Positions 18,126 to 29,279 of a stretch of DNA of 64,000 bases are shown in pieces. Source of the DNA: Candidatus Bathyarchaeota archaeon (GTDB lineage Archaea; Thermoproteota; Bathyarchaeia; Bathyarchaeales; Bathycorpusculaceae); NCBI GenBank assembly GCA_963806535.1, contig CAWDYC010000004.1, positions 224,001-288,000 of the forward strand, written 5' to 3'. The position numbers were made by a program, and so were the translations under genes. The notes under the pieces were generated by a model that was given only the letters and a program-made list of their open reading frames with translations, made no database searches and was not told where the DNA came from. Within the stretch, counting starts at the first letter, position 1, and every line of letters starts with the position of its first letter.

Positions 18126-19160
18126 TCATAGGCACTGGACTGTTTTTACTGCTTTCACCGTGTGCTCTAGTAACAATGCGGCTGCTTCTTGACTTGGCCA
18201 ACCGCCTAAACCGCAGTCAGGACCCGTAAACGTCATCCGTTCGCCATACTTTTCCTTTGGCAAATCTGTATCTTTTCCTTATAACTTCCTCAGTTTCAAC
18301 CAATTGCTCTGCTGAAGGTTTAGCTATGCCTTTCTCGTAGAGCTCGGCTAAAATAGCGTCAATGTCTGTTCTGGAAATACCTACTCTGATTTGCTTATCC
18401 GCCTGCTCCAGCATACTTTTGGGAACTGCGTCAATGTTGCCTGGTGAAGCCGCATATTCAAACGATAAGACATCAAGGTTTTTGACGCATAGTAAATCGT
18501 GGACTCCAGCAGTTGAATGCAAGTGGATTTGTCGTGTGGCTCCTTGGAAATCAAAGGCTTTCTCAAGCACCCTGCAAATCACGTCGGATGTGGCTTGGAT
18601 GTTGTTTAAGCCGAAGCTTGGCTCATCAATCGATACAACCTTTGTCTCAACATACTTGTTGTTGAAGATACTATTTTTTGCAAATCGTCTAATTGTCTCT
18701 GCCAACGCATCCAATACATCTTCATAAGGAGTTTTTCCGATTTCAAGCAAATATTGCTCAAGCGGACCAAAAATTGACACCCGCAACTGGATTTTTTTGC
18801 CAAACTCCTCACTCAATGCTTTGGCCTGTTGATTGATTAAATACACTTCAGGCAGTATGGCGTTTTTTTCTTCCACAAGAAATGAACCCGCTATCCATTG
18901 CAACATGAATTACATCGCCGATTTGTTTCATGCCGTCGTAATGCTGGGGAAAATTAACTACATCTAAGCCTGAGGCAATTTTTTTCTTAAAAGAATCAAG
19001 CACAACTTTGACGAAGTTATTGTTTAGAAAATCATCTTTTGTTATATCTTTGCCTTGAATGATGTTTTCTCTTGCAAGCTGATACGCTTTGCTAAAGCTT
19101 TCTCTATTCACTCCCATGCGGCAACGGGAAACTGCCTATGTCATCAACTAAAGTATCCAT
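18126..19160 (-). CDS. Methionine-synthase-like (MetE C-terminal/core-type) protein, frameshifted
   Basis: N-terminal DDIGSFP, SIDEPS, QIHLH and C-terminal TGPDCGLGGW across three frames. Confidence 0.7.
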
Positions 19161-19229
19161 AAACAACTATTGGCGACAGAAATTCTATTAAACCTAACCC
19201 TACCTTTACACCGCTGAAAGGTATGAGTC

Positions 19230-19662
19230 ATGTCTGAATGCATATTCTGCCAAATAATTCAAAAACAAGTCTCGGCAAGCATAATCTATGAAGATGAGCA
19301 AGTGGCTGCTTTTTTAAGTAATCGCCCAGTGAATGTGGGGCACACGCTTGTTGTTCCCAAAAAACATTATGAAAACATTTTTGACATTCCTGAGAAAGAA
19401 ACTGCTTATCTTTTCACGATTGCAAAACGGATAGCTCAAGCTGTAAAAGATGCAACAGGAGCCGAGGGCATAAGAATTGTGCAGAACAACGGTGAAGCAG
19501 CTGGACAAGTAATTTTTCATTTGCACGTTCACATTATTCCGCTGAAACCTGCACAACCAATTCAGCCATGATGGTGCTTATCGTGATCCAACTCAGCCTC
19601 GCGATTCGGAAGCATTGGAGAAAGATGCTGAAAAAATAAGACGGAATCTGCCTCTTTCTTAA
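19230..19662 (+). CDS. HIT-family protein (frameshift near the 3' end)
   Basis: CIFC, GHTLVVPKKH and AGQVIFHLHVHIIP. Confidence 0.92.
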
Positions 19663-19838
19663 AGTCATTTTCATTTGTAAAATCCCTTTCTTTTTAGATG
19701 GAAAAATTAACCATAATTCTAAATGTAGTTTTCTAACTGCAGCAAACTTACCAGCCAGATTAACTAAACCTTGCTTTTTCAGGAACAGCTATAAAAGAGG
19801 GAAAAACAATCATTGCGTACATCACAAGCGGAATAAAC

Positions 19839-20189
19839 ATGACGGAACAACCTAACAACGAACCAAACAGCAATAACCAACCTACCTCCCAAATCGAGAA
19901 ACTTTTAATCGACGACCCCTCAAACTTCCAGTTCCATGCTGCATACCTTGTTTACTCAGAAACTTTTGACGGTGGAAATGAGGATGCGAAAAAAGAACTT
20001 AATCAGAATATTGAAGATTTAAAAGAAAACAAAATTGATGCTCAAACATTTTACGTTAACATTTCACGCTTCCGCAAACTGGATCAGCCGATGGGTAGAC
20101 CAGGAAAATTCACCGTGGCGACTCAGAGAAAGAAAGATTGGCGCATGAAAACCCAGCGATCTGAGCGTATCAAACGACACAAAAAATAA
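19839..20189 (+). CDS. Hypothetical protein with basic C-terminus
   Basis: 116-aa ORF with host codon usage followed by a T-rich terminator. Confidence 0.7.
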   Translation: MTEQPNNEPNSNNQPTSQIEKLLIDDPSNFQFHAAYLVYSETFDGGNEDAKKELNQNIEDLKENKIDAQTFYVNISRFRKLDQPMGRPGKFTVATQRKKDWRMKTQRSERIKRHKK

Positions 20190-20411
20190 GTTAAATATTT
20201 TATTTTTTGTATTCTAATTGAGCCGTTTTTAAAATACATGTTTTTTTATTTTGCCTACATTAATAAGACCGCATTTCAGAAAAAAACAACTTCTCGTTTG
20301 TTAGAGTTACGTACAGAATGTTTAAACATGTTTAAACAATTCATAGGGAAGTTTTATCTATAAAACATACATTTCAACAGGGTTATACCCTGAAAACTGG
20401 AGCAAAATTCG

Positions 20412-21189
20412 ATGCCGCAATTAAAAGCCTTTAATGTCGCAATTATAGCTTTATGCGCTGCGCTTTACGCAGTTGTAGGTTACCTAACAAGTTTCAATTT
20501 AAGTTTCGGCGGAGTCGCTTTTTGGCCCGCAGCCTTTGTTCCAGCCATTTTCGCTGTTTTGTTTGGACCTTGGGAAGGCGGCATTGGAGCTGCCATTGGA
20601 ATATTTATTCGAGACAATTTTGTTCACGGGACAAGCGTTGCTAAGCTTAACGGCGGGTGTCACTGCAAATTTTGCGGCGTTTTTCATAATAGGGTATTTT
20701 GCACACACGACGCTTAATCGAAAGAAAACTTTGATTAGTTTAATCATTGGCGCAGGGGTTATTCTTGCAGGTCTTTTGTTACCAACTATTTTGCTTCCAA
20801 CTGAATCCGTGGGTTATACTGGTTTGTCAATGGAAACTATGATTATTCTTTTCAGTGTCCTTATGACTATCTCGCTTGTTCTGTTTGCCGCCATTGCAAA
20901 ATACTGGAATGAATTCAGAAATTTTGGAGTAGGCGCAATAATTGGACAAGCCGTTGGCGCCACAATAGTGGCAGTTGGAGTTTGGGGGTATAGCCAACTT
21001 TTCTACGCTCCCAACGGTTATTTCAAATCACCAATATCTGCGTCCTTCGTGCCAATTCTATTTGTTTGGACATTTGTAACTGAAATACCATTTGTACTCC
21101 TCGTATCGCCTCCCGTTGTAAAAGCCTGTCGAGAAGCTTTCCCATTTCTTAAACTAAGCAACCGAACTGGAAATAAGGCGAAGCAATGA
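20412..21189 (+). CDS. ECF/QueT-like S-component membrane protein (frameshift near 20625)
   Basis: IALCAALYAV..AVLFGPWEGGIGAAIG S-component pattern; first gene of the CoA operon. Confidence 0.7.
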
Positions 21190-22144
21190 CAAAGACCAAA
21201 ACTGCAAAAGCTTTTGCTCCCGCGGCGATCTCCAGTTTCTTTGAAATTCACGACACCGAAAAAAATAAGCCGATTACTGATTTAGAAAAAGTAGGTTCCA
21301 GAGGGGGCGGCTTTGGGCTACAGAAAGGAGTTTCTACGTGCGTTACGGTTGACGAAGCAAAAACTTCCGACATAACTGTCTTCATTAATGGTAAACGTGC
21401 ACCTGAAGCGAAAACAACCAAGCTGAGTAATTGAAACATTACTTAAGAACCTACAAAAATCGTATGCTGTTATCGTTAACCACAAAATTGAAGTTCCAAT
21501 AGGAACAGGTTTTGGAACAAGCGCAGGAGGAGCATTAACAGCAGGATTAGCTCTCAAAGAAGCATTAGATTTACCTTTAACTTACAACCAAATTGGCAAA
21601 ATAGCGCACGTATGCAGAGATTGAATGTCAAACAGGCTTAGGTACAGTAAGTTCATTAACATCCACTGGTGGCTGCGTTCTTGTCGTTGAACCAGGAGCA
21701 CCTGGAATCTGTCAAATCGACCGCATACCAATAACTCATGACTTCGTTGTAGTGGCTGGTTTTACTCAATCAAACATCCCAAACAAAACAGTTTTAGCAG
21801 ATCCTGAAAAAAGACGACTAATTAACTCCTACGGCAAGAAAACATTGGAGGCAATTCTCGCTAAGCCAAGTCTTGAGAATTTTCTAGAATGCTGCAGTGA
21901 ATTTTCTGAAAAGGCGGGTTTCGCAACACAGAAAACTCGCCAACTAGTCAAATTAGCTAAGAAAGCCGGCGCGGTCGGTGCAGCCCAAAATATGATTGGC
22001 GAAGCAGTCCACGCTCTTGTGCTCAAAGAAAACGCTAATCAGGTGGCAGAAGCTTTTAAGCAAGTTTTGCCCTCTGGAAAAGTGTTTGAGAGCAAAATTG
22101 ATTTCCAAGGCGCTAGGCTGATAGGAAATGAAAAAATACAATAA
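21186..22144 (+). CDS. Pantoate kinase (GHMP family), frameshifted
   Basis: AFAPAAISSFF, GSRGGG, PIGTGFGTSAGG GHMP loop and AAQNMIGE; adjacent to PPAT. Confidence 0.85.
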
Positions 22145-22613
22145 AGTTGCAGTTGGAGGAACCTTTGATGAGCTCCACAGAGGGCATGAAGCTCTAATAA
22201 GTAAGGCTTTTGAAGTTGGCGAAAAAGTTGTTATCGGCTTATCTTCTGACGAATTTGTTTCAAAAATGAGTAAAGCTCACAAAACTGCAAGTTATGCCGA
22301 GAGACTGAATGAACTGCAGGCTTATTTAGAAAAGGCCGGGTTAGCAAACAGGGCAGAAATCGTTCCATTAAACGACCCTTATGGTCTCACAATATCAGGC
22401 AAGGGCTTAGACGCATTGGTTGTTAGTAAAGAAACAGAAGTTATTGCTGAAAAAATCAATGAGATTCGCAATAAAGCAGGGCTTAGCCCGTTAAAAATTG
22501 TTACCGTAAATATGGTTCAAGCAGAAAACTGTATTCCAATCTCTACAACAAGGATTAGAAAAGGAGAAATTGACCGAAATGGTCACATGATGAAAATCAG
22601 TCAAAACCAATGA
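22128..22613 (+). CDS. coaD: Archaeal phosphopantetheine adenylyltransferase
   Basis: VAVGGTFDELHRGH, DPYG, LVVSKET and ISTTRIRKGEID. Confidence 0.9.
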   Translation: MKKYNKVAVGGTFDELHRGHEALISKAFEVGEKVVIGLSSDEFVSKMSKAHKTASYAERLNELQAYLEKAGLANRAEIVPLNDPYGLTISGKGLDALVVSKETEVIAEKINEIRNKAGLSPLKIVTVNMVQAENCIPISTTRIRKGEIDRNGHMMKISQNQ

Positions 22614-22622
22614 TTTTTGCTC

Positions 22623-23554
22623 TTACAATATTTCTCCAACAACATTGATGGGTTTACTAATTAACGATGTTACTTCTTCAAGTTTCTCTTTATCTATTGT
22701 GGCAAGAACGACTGTGGCGGGGCCAGCCGATTTGTTCAAATCTAACCCTTTAACCTCAATCAGCTTTACTTGTCTCCCAACGCCGAATGCCATCATTCTA
22801 GCTTCATCCGCAATGCCAAAAGTGCCTACAGCGAGCAATATCATGTACGTATTTTTTTTGTGAAAGCTGAATTACATTTTTTAAGTCAGCAATTTCTCCT
22901 TTTTTCTCAGCCAAAATAACTTCATCGCCAACTTTAGGTTTGCCAATAGCAATTATTAGGTCGCCAGGGCATGTTTTTCCAAGTCTTAACTCGTCTTCAT
23001 TTGCAAAACCAACGACAGTTAACCCAGCACCAGTCTGGACCGTTTCAAAGTTGTCTTCTGTATTTTCCATGATTACTTGATTTGGGTCAAGACCGATGCT
23101 TCTGGCTTCACGTTTAATGCCCTCTATTATCTGGTTGCCTGTTGGTTCCTTCTCTACGCCTAAGGTGACTGATAAGAGAAGAGGAAAAGCACCTGTCGCA
23201 GTAACATCCATCAAGGCAACTCTTGCCAGAAACTTTCCCAGTACCTGACCATCAACTTTTACTTTATCCATTATTTTTGGACCAACAGCTCCTGATGAAG
23301 TTGAACCTGCTACTATGGCGTGACCTGTTGGAACTTTGAGGATTGAGACATCGCCTCTTCTTGTGTACGTTATTTGGGCAGGTTTTACTTGGAAAACAAT
23401 GGGGCGTAGCATTGTGCCCAACGTTGTCTACAAGGTGTAAATAGATAGTTAATGCTTGGCGCATGACTTCTGATCGAGTAAGGTTGTGTTTTTTTGCTAG
23501 TTTATCGATGTCTGAAGCAATTTTGTCGGGCAAGCGGACGTTTATGATCTCCAT
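22623..23554 (-). CDS. RHH domain fused to an AIR-synthase-fold (alpha-ribazole kinase CblS-like) domain, frameshifted
   Basis: INVRLPDKIASDIDKLAKKHNLTRSEVMRQAL RHH; then GAVGPK..ARVALMDV..EPTG..NTEDNFETVQTG; single-base shifts near 23420 and 22830. Confidence 0.65.
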
Positions 23555-23738
23555 AGTTAACCAACCGTATTACAATTGTTGTACGTGAAATCTCTTATCC
23601 TTTGTCCCCACACCAAACATATTACGCTGGAATATATTGGCATAATTAGCGCTTAAAAAAGGCTATCTGTTGGTATTTTCAAGCGGTTTAGCGCAAGTGT
23701 TATATGTACTTATACTGTAAAAAGTGTGAGGAATAGCC

Positions 23739-24705
23739 ATGAATAAAAAAATCCTAGCATTAACCCTCGTATTATTATTAACCACCATTTATATTTCATC
23801 GGTGTCAATTTCACCAACTAAAGCCCAGAATACAACCTCTGGGTGGATTACAAGTTATGATATTTACGATTACAATTCCAATCAGCATCTTGCCTAGTTA
23901 TAGTGCATCAACGGGCAATCAATCATTTGACCCAATAGTCACCTGGGGCAGAAGTTAAAGTAACATTCACTATCAATGTTTTCACTGCTGGATCAGGCGA
24001 CCTGAAGCTTTCAACCAGTTTACAAAATCCACCTCAAGGACAATATTGGACACTTAGCAGCCAAAGCACCTATTCGTTAGGCAGCGATTTCAATCCAAAT
24101 TCACAGCAAGCATCATTCAATTGGGTTGTCGGAACCTTTACAATGACTGTTGCTGGTATCGTTCCATCTAAGCTCCTCACAGAGTACCGGAGCTCCTGTA
24201 AACTTAGTAACCCTGTACGGTCCAACCAGTGGCATACCTCTTGATCAAATCACCGTATCATCAGTCAGCGCAGCGATGACTCAGTTCAATACACTGTACA
24301 CGCAAAAAGCAGCGCATCTAAGAACACTTGAATCAGGTGGAGTTGCACAGGGATATGTCGATCTCTACAAAAATGTTCTTAATGAGTCAACAGTCGAAGC
24401 AAATGCAGGCCAAGTTACAAGCGCCATAGCCCTTCTTAAACCAACTGAACATTTCAGATGAACCAGCATCTTCAACAACTCAAGCACTCTTCATACCAAT
24501 AGTCGGTGTCTTAGCTGCTGTAGCAGTCATATTTGCAGTTTTGTTCCTCAGAGTACGCGGAAAAGTTGGATACTTCCAGCTTGTCGTTGAAGACCAAATC
24601 AAAGACTTAGAAGGTTTAACGATGAGGATTTCAAAAATCGACAGAGCAAGTTCATCTAACTTAGAATCAATCAAAGACAGACTCAAAAGATTAGTTGGGA
24701 TGTGA
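23739..24705 (+). CDS. Type I membrane protein: signal peptide, S/T-rich ectodomain, TM helix, cytoplasmic coiled coil (several frameshifts)
   Basis: MNKKILALTLVLLL..PTKAQ signal; C-terminus FIPIVGVLAAVAVIFAVLFLRVRGK..VEDQIKDLEGLTMRISKIDR..IKDRLKRLVGM-stop at 24705. Confidence 0.7.
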
Positions 24706-24711
24706 TAGCAC

Positions 24712-27405
24712 ACGAAAATCTACCAGAACAGCGTTCAACTGATAGGACTTGGTTCAGCAGGAACTAACATAGTCGAAGCTTTCCTAACGAACAAAAAAAC
24801 AATGGAGTTGCTGGGAAACGATATTACTCGTCTTTCCCTTTTAGCAATCGACATTGCTGACCCAGAAATCAGAAGCCTTCTAGAAGCTGACGAAAAAATC
24901 ACCAAATCAATGATAAGAGCCGGTATTCCCCGAGAACGCTTGCGCGTAGTTGCTCAATCTGTAAAGTTTCCAACTGCCGAGGCAATGTTTGATTTCATCA
25001 ACCAAAAATACAATGAGTACTTGGTTGGCGAAGGCGCTAAACTTGAAGATTTCAAACCATGGCTTCAATCAACAATGGCTATTCCACCAATGGCTGGCGG
25101 CGCAGGCAGAAGAAGAGCATTAGCCAAAGCTATTTACGCCCTAAACTATTATCAACTAGGAATAATCAAAAACTGCATAAACGTTTTCAAGGAACAAGCT
25201 CTCTCATCAATTATTACTCCAACCATTGTTCTGGTCTACGGTTTAGGCGGAGGAACAGGAAGCGGCATCTTCTTTGACTTCGTCAGGCACCTGCGAAAAG
25301 TCATGGGATCAGGCATACCAATAATAGCGTTCGTTATCACTCCCTGCGGCGGAGACGACCCTCCAGCAAAAGGCTGCTCATCATTCACTGCAATAAACGA
25401 GCTCTCTTTGCTATTGAATAAAGATTACAACCAGTATGTCATCAATGAATTCGGCGAATTGTACCGAAACCCTCTAAACGCTCTTGTCTACTTGCCATTA
25501 CTTCCAGCGTTCTCAAAAGTAGGCAACATAGTTACAGCCCGCAAAGAAATGGATGACATGGTTGTAGACATGCTTTATGTTCTGATGGATTTTGACTTAG
25601 CAGACTTAATGGGTGGAATAGGCACCGAAGTTGGACTCACCAATAACTCGGCACACACTTTAGGCATGATGAAAGTTATTTATCCAGTCGACGATTACAT
25701 TGCAGCATACAAAGTCAACTTTGAAAGCCTTGAACTATTACAAGAGCACCGAAGAGAAAAACTTGAGTTACTAGATGCAATGGACTGTTTAGTCAAAAAC
25801 AACTTTGACACAGCAAAAGAATTCTTCAAGAATTACCTGATAAAAACAGGCACATATAATGATGAGCAGTTTGAAGAAAAACTCAAGGCATTAATCACAA
25901 GTAATCCACGAATGGAAGATGACTTAGCCTTACATGTAAAAGGCATCGAGATACAAGTCAGAAATTGGATGCGTGAATTAACAAGGTTCCTTTCTACAAT
26001 CAAATTCATGGGAAAACCTGGACCAATTGAAGAAGCTATAGTCAATCTTACACTCAAAAAAGAAGGCACCAAAAAAATTGACAGCCTTGAAGCTCTACTT
26101 GGCAACCTAACAAAGACCTATCTAGAATTCTCAGAGCGGAAAGCAGACATTATCGAACGGTTGACGCAATTAATTCCAAGTTCACAAGTCTTTACAGTAC
26201 GGCAAAAAAGAATCCTAGATGATTTCGTTAACATTGCAGAGATTGCTGAGAAATCCCTTAACACCCTGAGGTTCTACGACGAAACCAGATACTTAACCGA
26301 TGCATTGATCAGATTCTATGAGGTAATGCCAGAATGCACCTGTGAACAGAACGACTTAAAAGACATACAATCTGAACTTGCAACAATTTACCTCTTGGTT
26401 CAATTGATGCTTAGATCACCTCAAGACGAATCAAAAATGGTTGAGGAACACCTTGCTTACGTAAACGGAATCGTGCTTAGACGCCAGGATAAACGGGGCG
26501 ATGTCGACAATGAAGTCGTAAGGATACAAGAATCAAGAAAACGAAAAGAATTTGATAAATCTAAAATGGAAAGACAGCTCCGTAAAACTTTCAGTTCAAA
26601 GAAATACGCTAGAGAACAACTATTGAGTTTAGATAGAGACTTAAAGAGAATGGAAACTGAAGAAGCCATGGCTCTTGAGAATCTAAGCAAAGCTGATGAA
26701 TCAATCCAATTATACGTGAATTTGGCTAAGAAGATAGAATTAATATCTGAATACCGTAAGCGTCTAAACAAAATTGTTGATATGCAACATGATTACGAGG
26801 GAAGACTTGCTAAAATCGTCGAGCCGAAGAAGTACTTTGAAAAATCAGCAGAACTCACAGAACTTGAGCAAAGAAAGATCTTATTCAAGATATTAACTGA
26901 GCAAGAAGAAACGCTGACAAACGACGTAATATTCAAAGATATACTAGACATGGACCACTTCAAAGACTACATGAAAAGCGTCATTAGAGCATTCAAAACA
27001 CCAAGCGTCATGGGCTTCAAACCAATCTACAAAACCGACTACATCTGGGTCACAATCCAGTCCCCTCCAAACATGTGGACCGAAGACATGTCTCAAGAAG
27101 TCTACACTGCACTTGCAGGATACGTCACCAGCGAAGTATCAAGAACAATCACTGTTCGAGTAACCGAATCACGAGATCCATGGACAACACGCGTACTAGT
27201 AGTCGGTGGCAGAGCAAAACCCTCAGACATGGAAGCATTCGACGAAATGTCACTGCTCTACAGCAAATCAAGCGATTTCGAAAGACACCTCTCAAGATCA
27301 TACCTGCTTGAACACGGCGTTGCAGCAACACAAATCATTAAAGAATTAAGCGGAAACGGCAATGGCGCCGAAACTGCAAACAACAGTAAAAACAATAAAA
27401 AGTAA
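24712..27405 (+). CDS. Large tubulin/FtsZ-superfamily GTPase with coiled-coil insertion (FtsZl1-like)
   Basis: T1 LIGLGSAGTNIVE (in frame upstream of ATG 24802), T3 GGAGRR, T4 GLGGGTGSG, T7 DFDLADL. Confidence 0.88.
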   Translation, partial: TKIYQNSVQLIGLGSAGTNIVEAFLTNKKTMELLGNDITRLSLLAIDIADPEIRSLLEADEKITKSMIRAGIPRERLRVVAQSVKFPTAEAMFDFINQKYNEYLVGEGAKLEDFKPWLQSTMAIPPMAGGAGRRRALAKAIYALNYYQLGIIKNCINVFKEQALSSIITPTIVLVYGLGGGTGSGIFFDFVRHLRKVMGSGIPIIAFVITPCGGDDPPAKGCSSFTAINELSLLLNKDYNQYVINEFGELYRNPLNALVYLPLLPAFSKVGNIVTARKEMDDMVVDMLYVLMDFDLADLMGGIGTEVGLTNNSAHTLGMMKVIYPVDDYIAAYKVNFESLELLQEHRREKLELLDAMDCLVKNNFDTAKEFFKNYLIKTGTYNDEQFEEKLKALITSNPRMEDDLALHVKGIEIQVRNWMRELTRFLSTIKFMGKPGPIEEAIVNLTLKKEGTKKIDSLEALLGNLTKTYLEFSERKADIIERLTQLIPSSQVFTVRQKRILDDFVNIAEIAEKSLNTLRFYDETRYLTDALIRFYEVMPECTCEQNDLKDIQSELATIYLLVQLMLRSPQDESKMVEEHLAYVNGIVLRRQDKRGDVDNEVVRIQESRKRKEFDKSKMERQLRKTFSSKKYAREQLLSLDRDLKRMETEEAMALENLSKADESIQLYVNLAKKIELISEYRKRLNKIVDMQHDYEGRLAKIVEPKKYFEKSAELTELEQRKILFKILTEQEETLTNDVIFKDILDMDHFKDYMKSVIRAFKTPSVMGFKPIYKTDYIWVTIQSPPNMWTEDMSQEVYTALAGYVTSEVSRTITVRVTESRDPWTTRVLVVGGRAKPSDMEAFDEMSLLYSKSSDFERHLSRSYLLEHGVAATQIIKELSGNGNGAETANNSKNNKK

Positions 27406-27406
27406 G

Positions 27407-27430
27407 AAGGAGCTTTAACTCCTTTTTTAT
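27407..27430. terminator. Hairpin/T-tract between the convergent tubulin-like genes
   Basis: AAGGAG-ctttaa-CTCCTT followed by a T run. Confidence 0.5.
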
Positions 27431-29181
27431 TCCAATAAACTTTTTGTGATTAATTTCCAGTCTTCTTCAGTTATTGAACCTTTTTTGACGGCTTTATTCT
27501 TCATTTTTTCAACTCTTTTCTCTAATGCAGCGAACCTTGTTGCTGTCTCGAAACCGCCAACAAATAATGCGATGTCTATGCGGTCATTGGTTTCTTCTAC
27601 GTACACTGGATCGGCTATGTATATTGATTCAAGGTCTGCTTTATTCTCGAACCAGTTGGCTATTGCTAGCTCAATTTTTCCTCTCGTAAGAGTATCTTTT
27701 AGGTTAAACGGCAGGCGGATCAGAACATAAAGTAAAGTGGACGTTGATAGGTCAAAAGTGAAAAGAGGTCTGAGCAAAGTGGTGTCTAACATATTTTCTA
27801 ATGAACCGTAAATTTTCAAGCTTAAGCCAGAAGCTAAGAGAACAGTGAACATTTTGGAACCGAAAGATTTTGACATTTCGCACAGTTCAGCCACAAAAGT
27901 TTCTTTTGCCAACATTAAATCAAGAAGGTAATTGGTTACGCTGTTTCCATTAATGGCGTAACCGTTTCTGTCGACACCTATGTAACTTTCAAGATTATCC
28001 CTATCAACAAGCAAAAGAGCAGTATCCTGTTTCGAAGCCAAAATACCCAGAGAGGCAAAAGTGTTAAATTGGCCATCTAGAGGCTGTGCTTTCGAAGGCA
28101 AAAGCGGTAAAGCTATTGAGTTTATATTCCATTCTTTGAATTGAGCATTTAAACTTGGCAATAAAGCGCTGCCAATGCCATTCCAAGTGGATGAAACAAT
28201 GATGGCGCCTTGAAGCTTCTCTATAGGCTTGCTCTTTATTCTTGCAAAAAAGTTTTCATTATCAACAACATATGGTAGAATGTCATACCAGAAATGAGTA
28301 TCAATATCCTCATCTAAGCAGACAATGTTGTTCTTGTCTAGTCGACCTTGACTCCATTTGATTACATCTTTGGTTGATTTTTCCACGAAAATAGGTAAAA
28401 CCCCCTGATCTCTTTTAGCCTCAAATGAGCCTTTTAAGACAATGTTTATTGGGTATTCACCAATGCACACTATGGCTTTTGTGGGTAAAAGACGTTTTAA
28501 GCTGTCAGTGTATTTTTCTATGTTCACAACGCTATCGGTTAACGGTACTTTATTTTCAGTTTCAACAGGCGCTACTTCTTTTATACTTTCAACTGCCGAT
28601 GTCACTTCTTCAGGGTTTGGCCGGGTCAATGGATCCGCGAGTTTATCTTGGTCTTTCACCCATTTCAATTCAACAATTGCTTCTTTCTGTTTTGCATCAA
28701 TCGGAGCAACAATGTTATCAATTTGAGATGTTTCCTGCTGTTTCTTTTTCCGTTGATTGAGGTTTGCTGTCGCTTTCTATCAAGGTTAGTTGAGTTTCGG
28801 TGGGCCTTGGCGCTATCTCATTGTTGGGCTCAATCTGTACATTGTTTTCTTTGCCAGAAGTTTGTTCATGAGTAATAACTTGCTCAGGAGGTATTTCAGC
28901 TTGTTGTTGATTGGCTTGGGTGTCTGCCGGTAATATTTCATTTTGGGTTTCCGCGCTCGGTAACTTTGTTTCATCTTCAACTGGTAGTTGCTTCATTGCT
29001 TTCAACTGGTAGAATGTTATTATCAATTCCAGTTGATTCTGTCTTTTCATCCTTTAGAACTGGGCTCTTCCACATTGTCGGTTTGATTTTGTTCGGACAG
29101 TCTCTTTTCATTTTCTCGTTCTTTTAAGTAGTCATTTTTATTGTACCATAGTCGCAGTTTTCTTTTTGGCAAAGTTATCAC
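27427..29181 (-). CDS. Divergent tubulin/CetZ-fold protein with degenerate GTP loops and an acidic N-terminal extension (two frameshifts in the extension)
   Basis: Ordered remnants IVCIGEYPINIV, IVSSTWNGIGSALLP, LLPS..FNTFASL, LLLVDRD, RIDIALFVGG; N-terminal pieces at 28718-29050 and about 29050-29181. Confidence 0.65.
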
Positions 29182-29279
29182 TTTCAGGGGTTTTTTCTCG
29201 ATAAGCTTAAGAAGAGTATGGTAAATTAAGGCTTTAGGTAATTCACCCTTTAAAGCGGGAGAGAGAGGATCAAGAAAAC

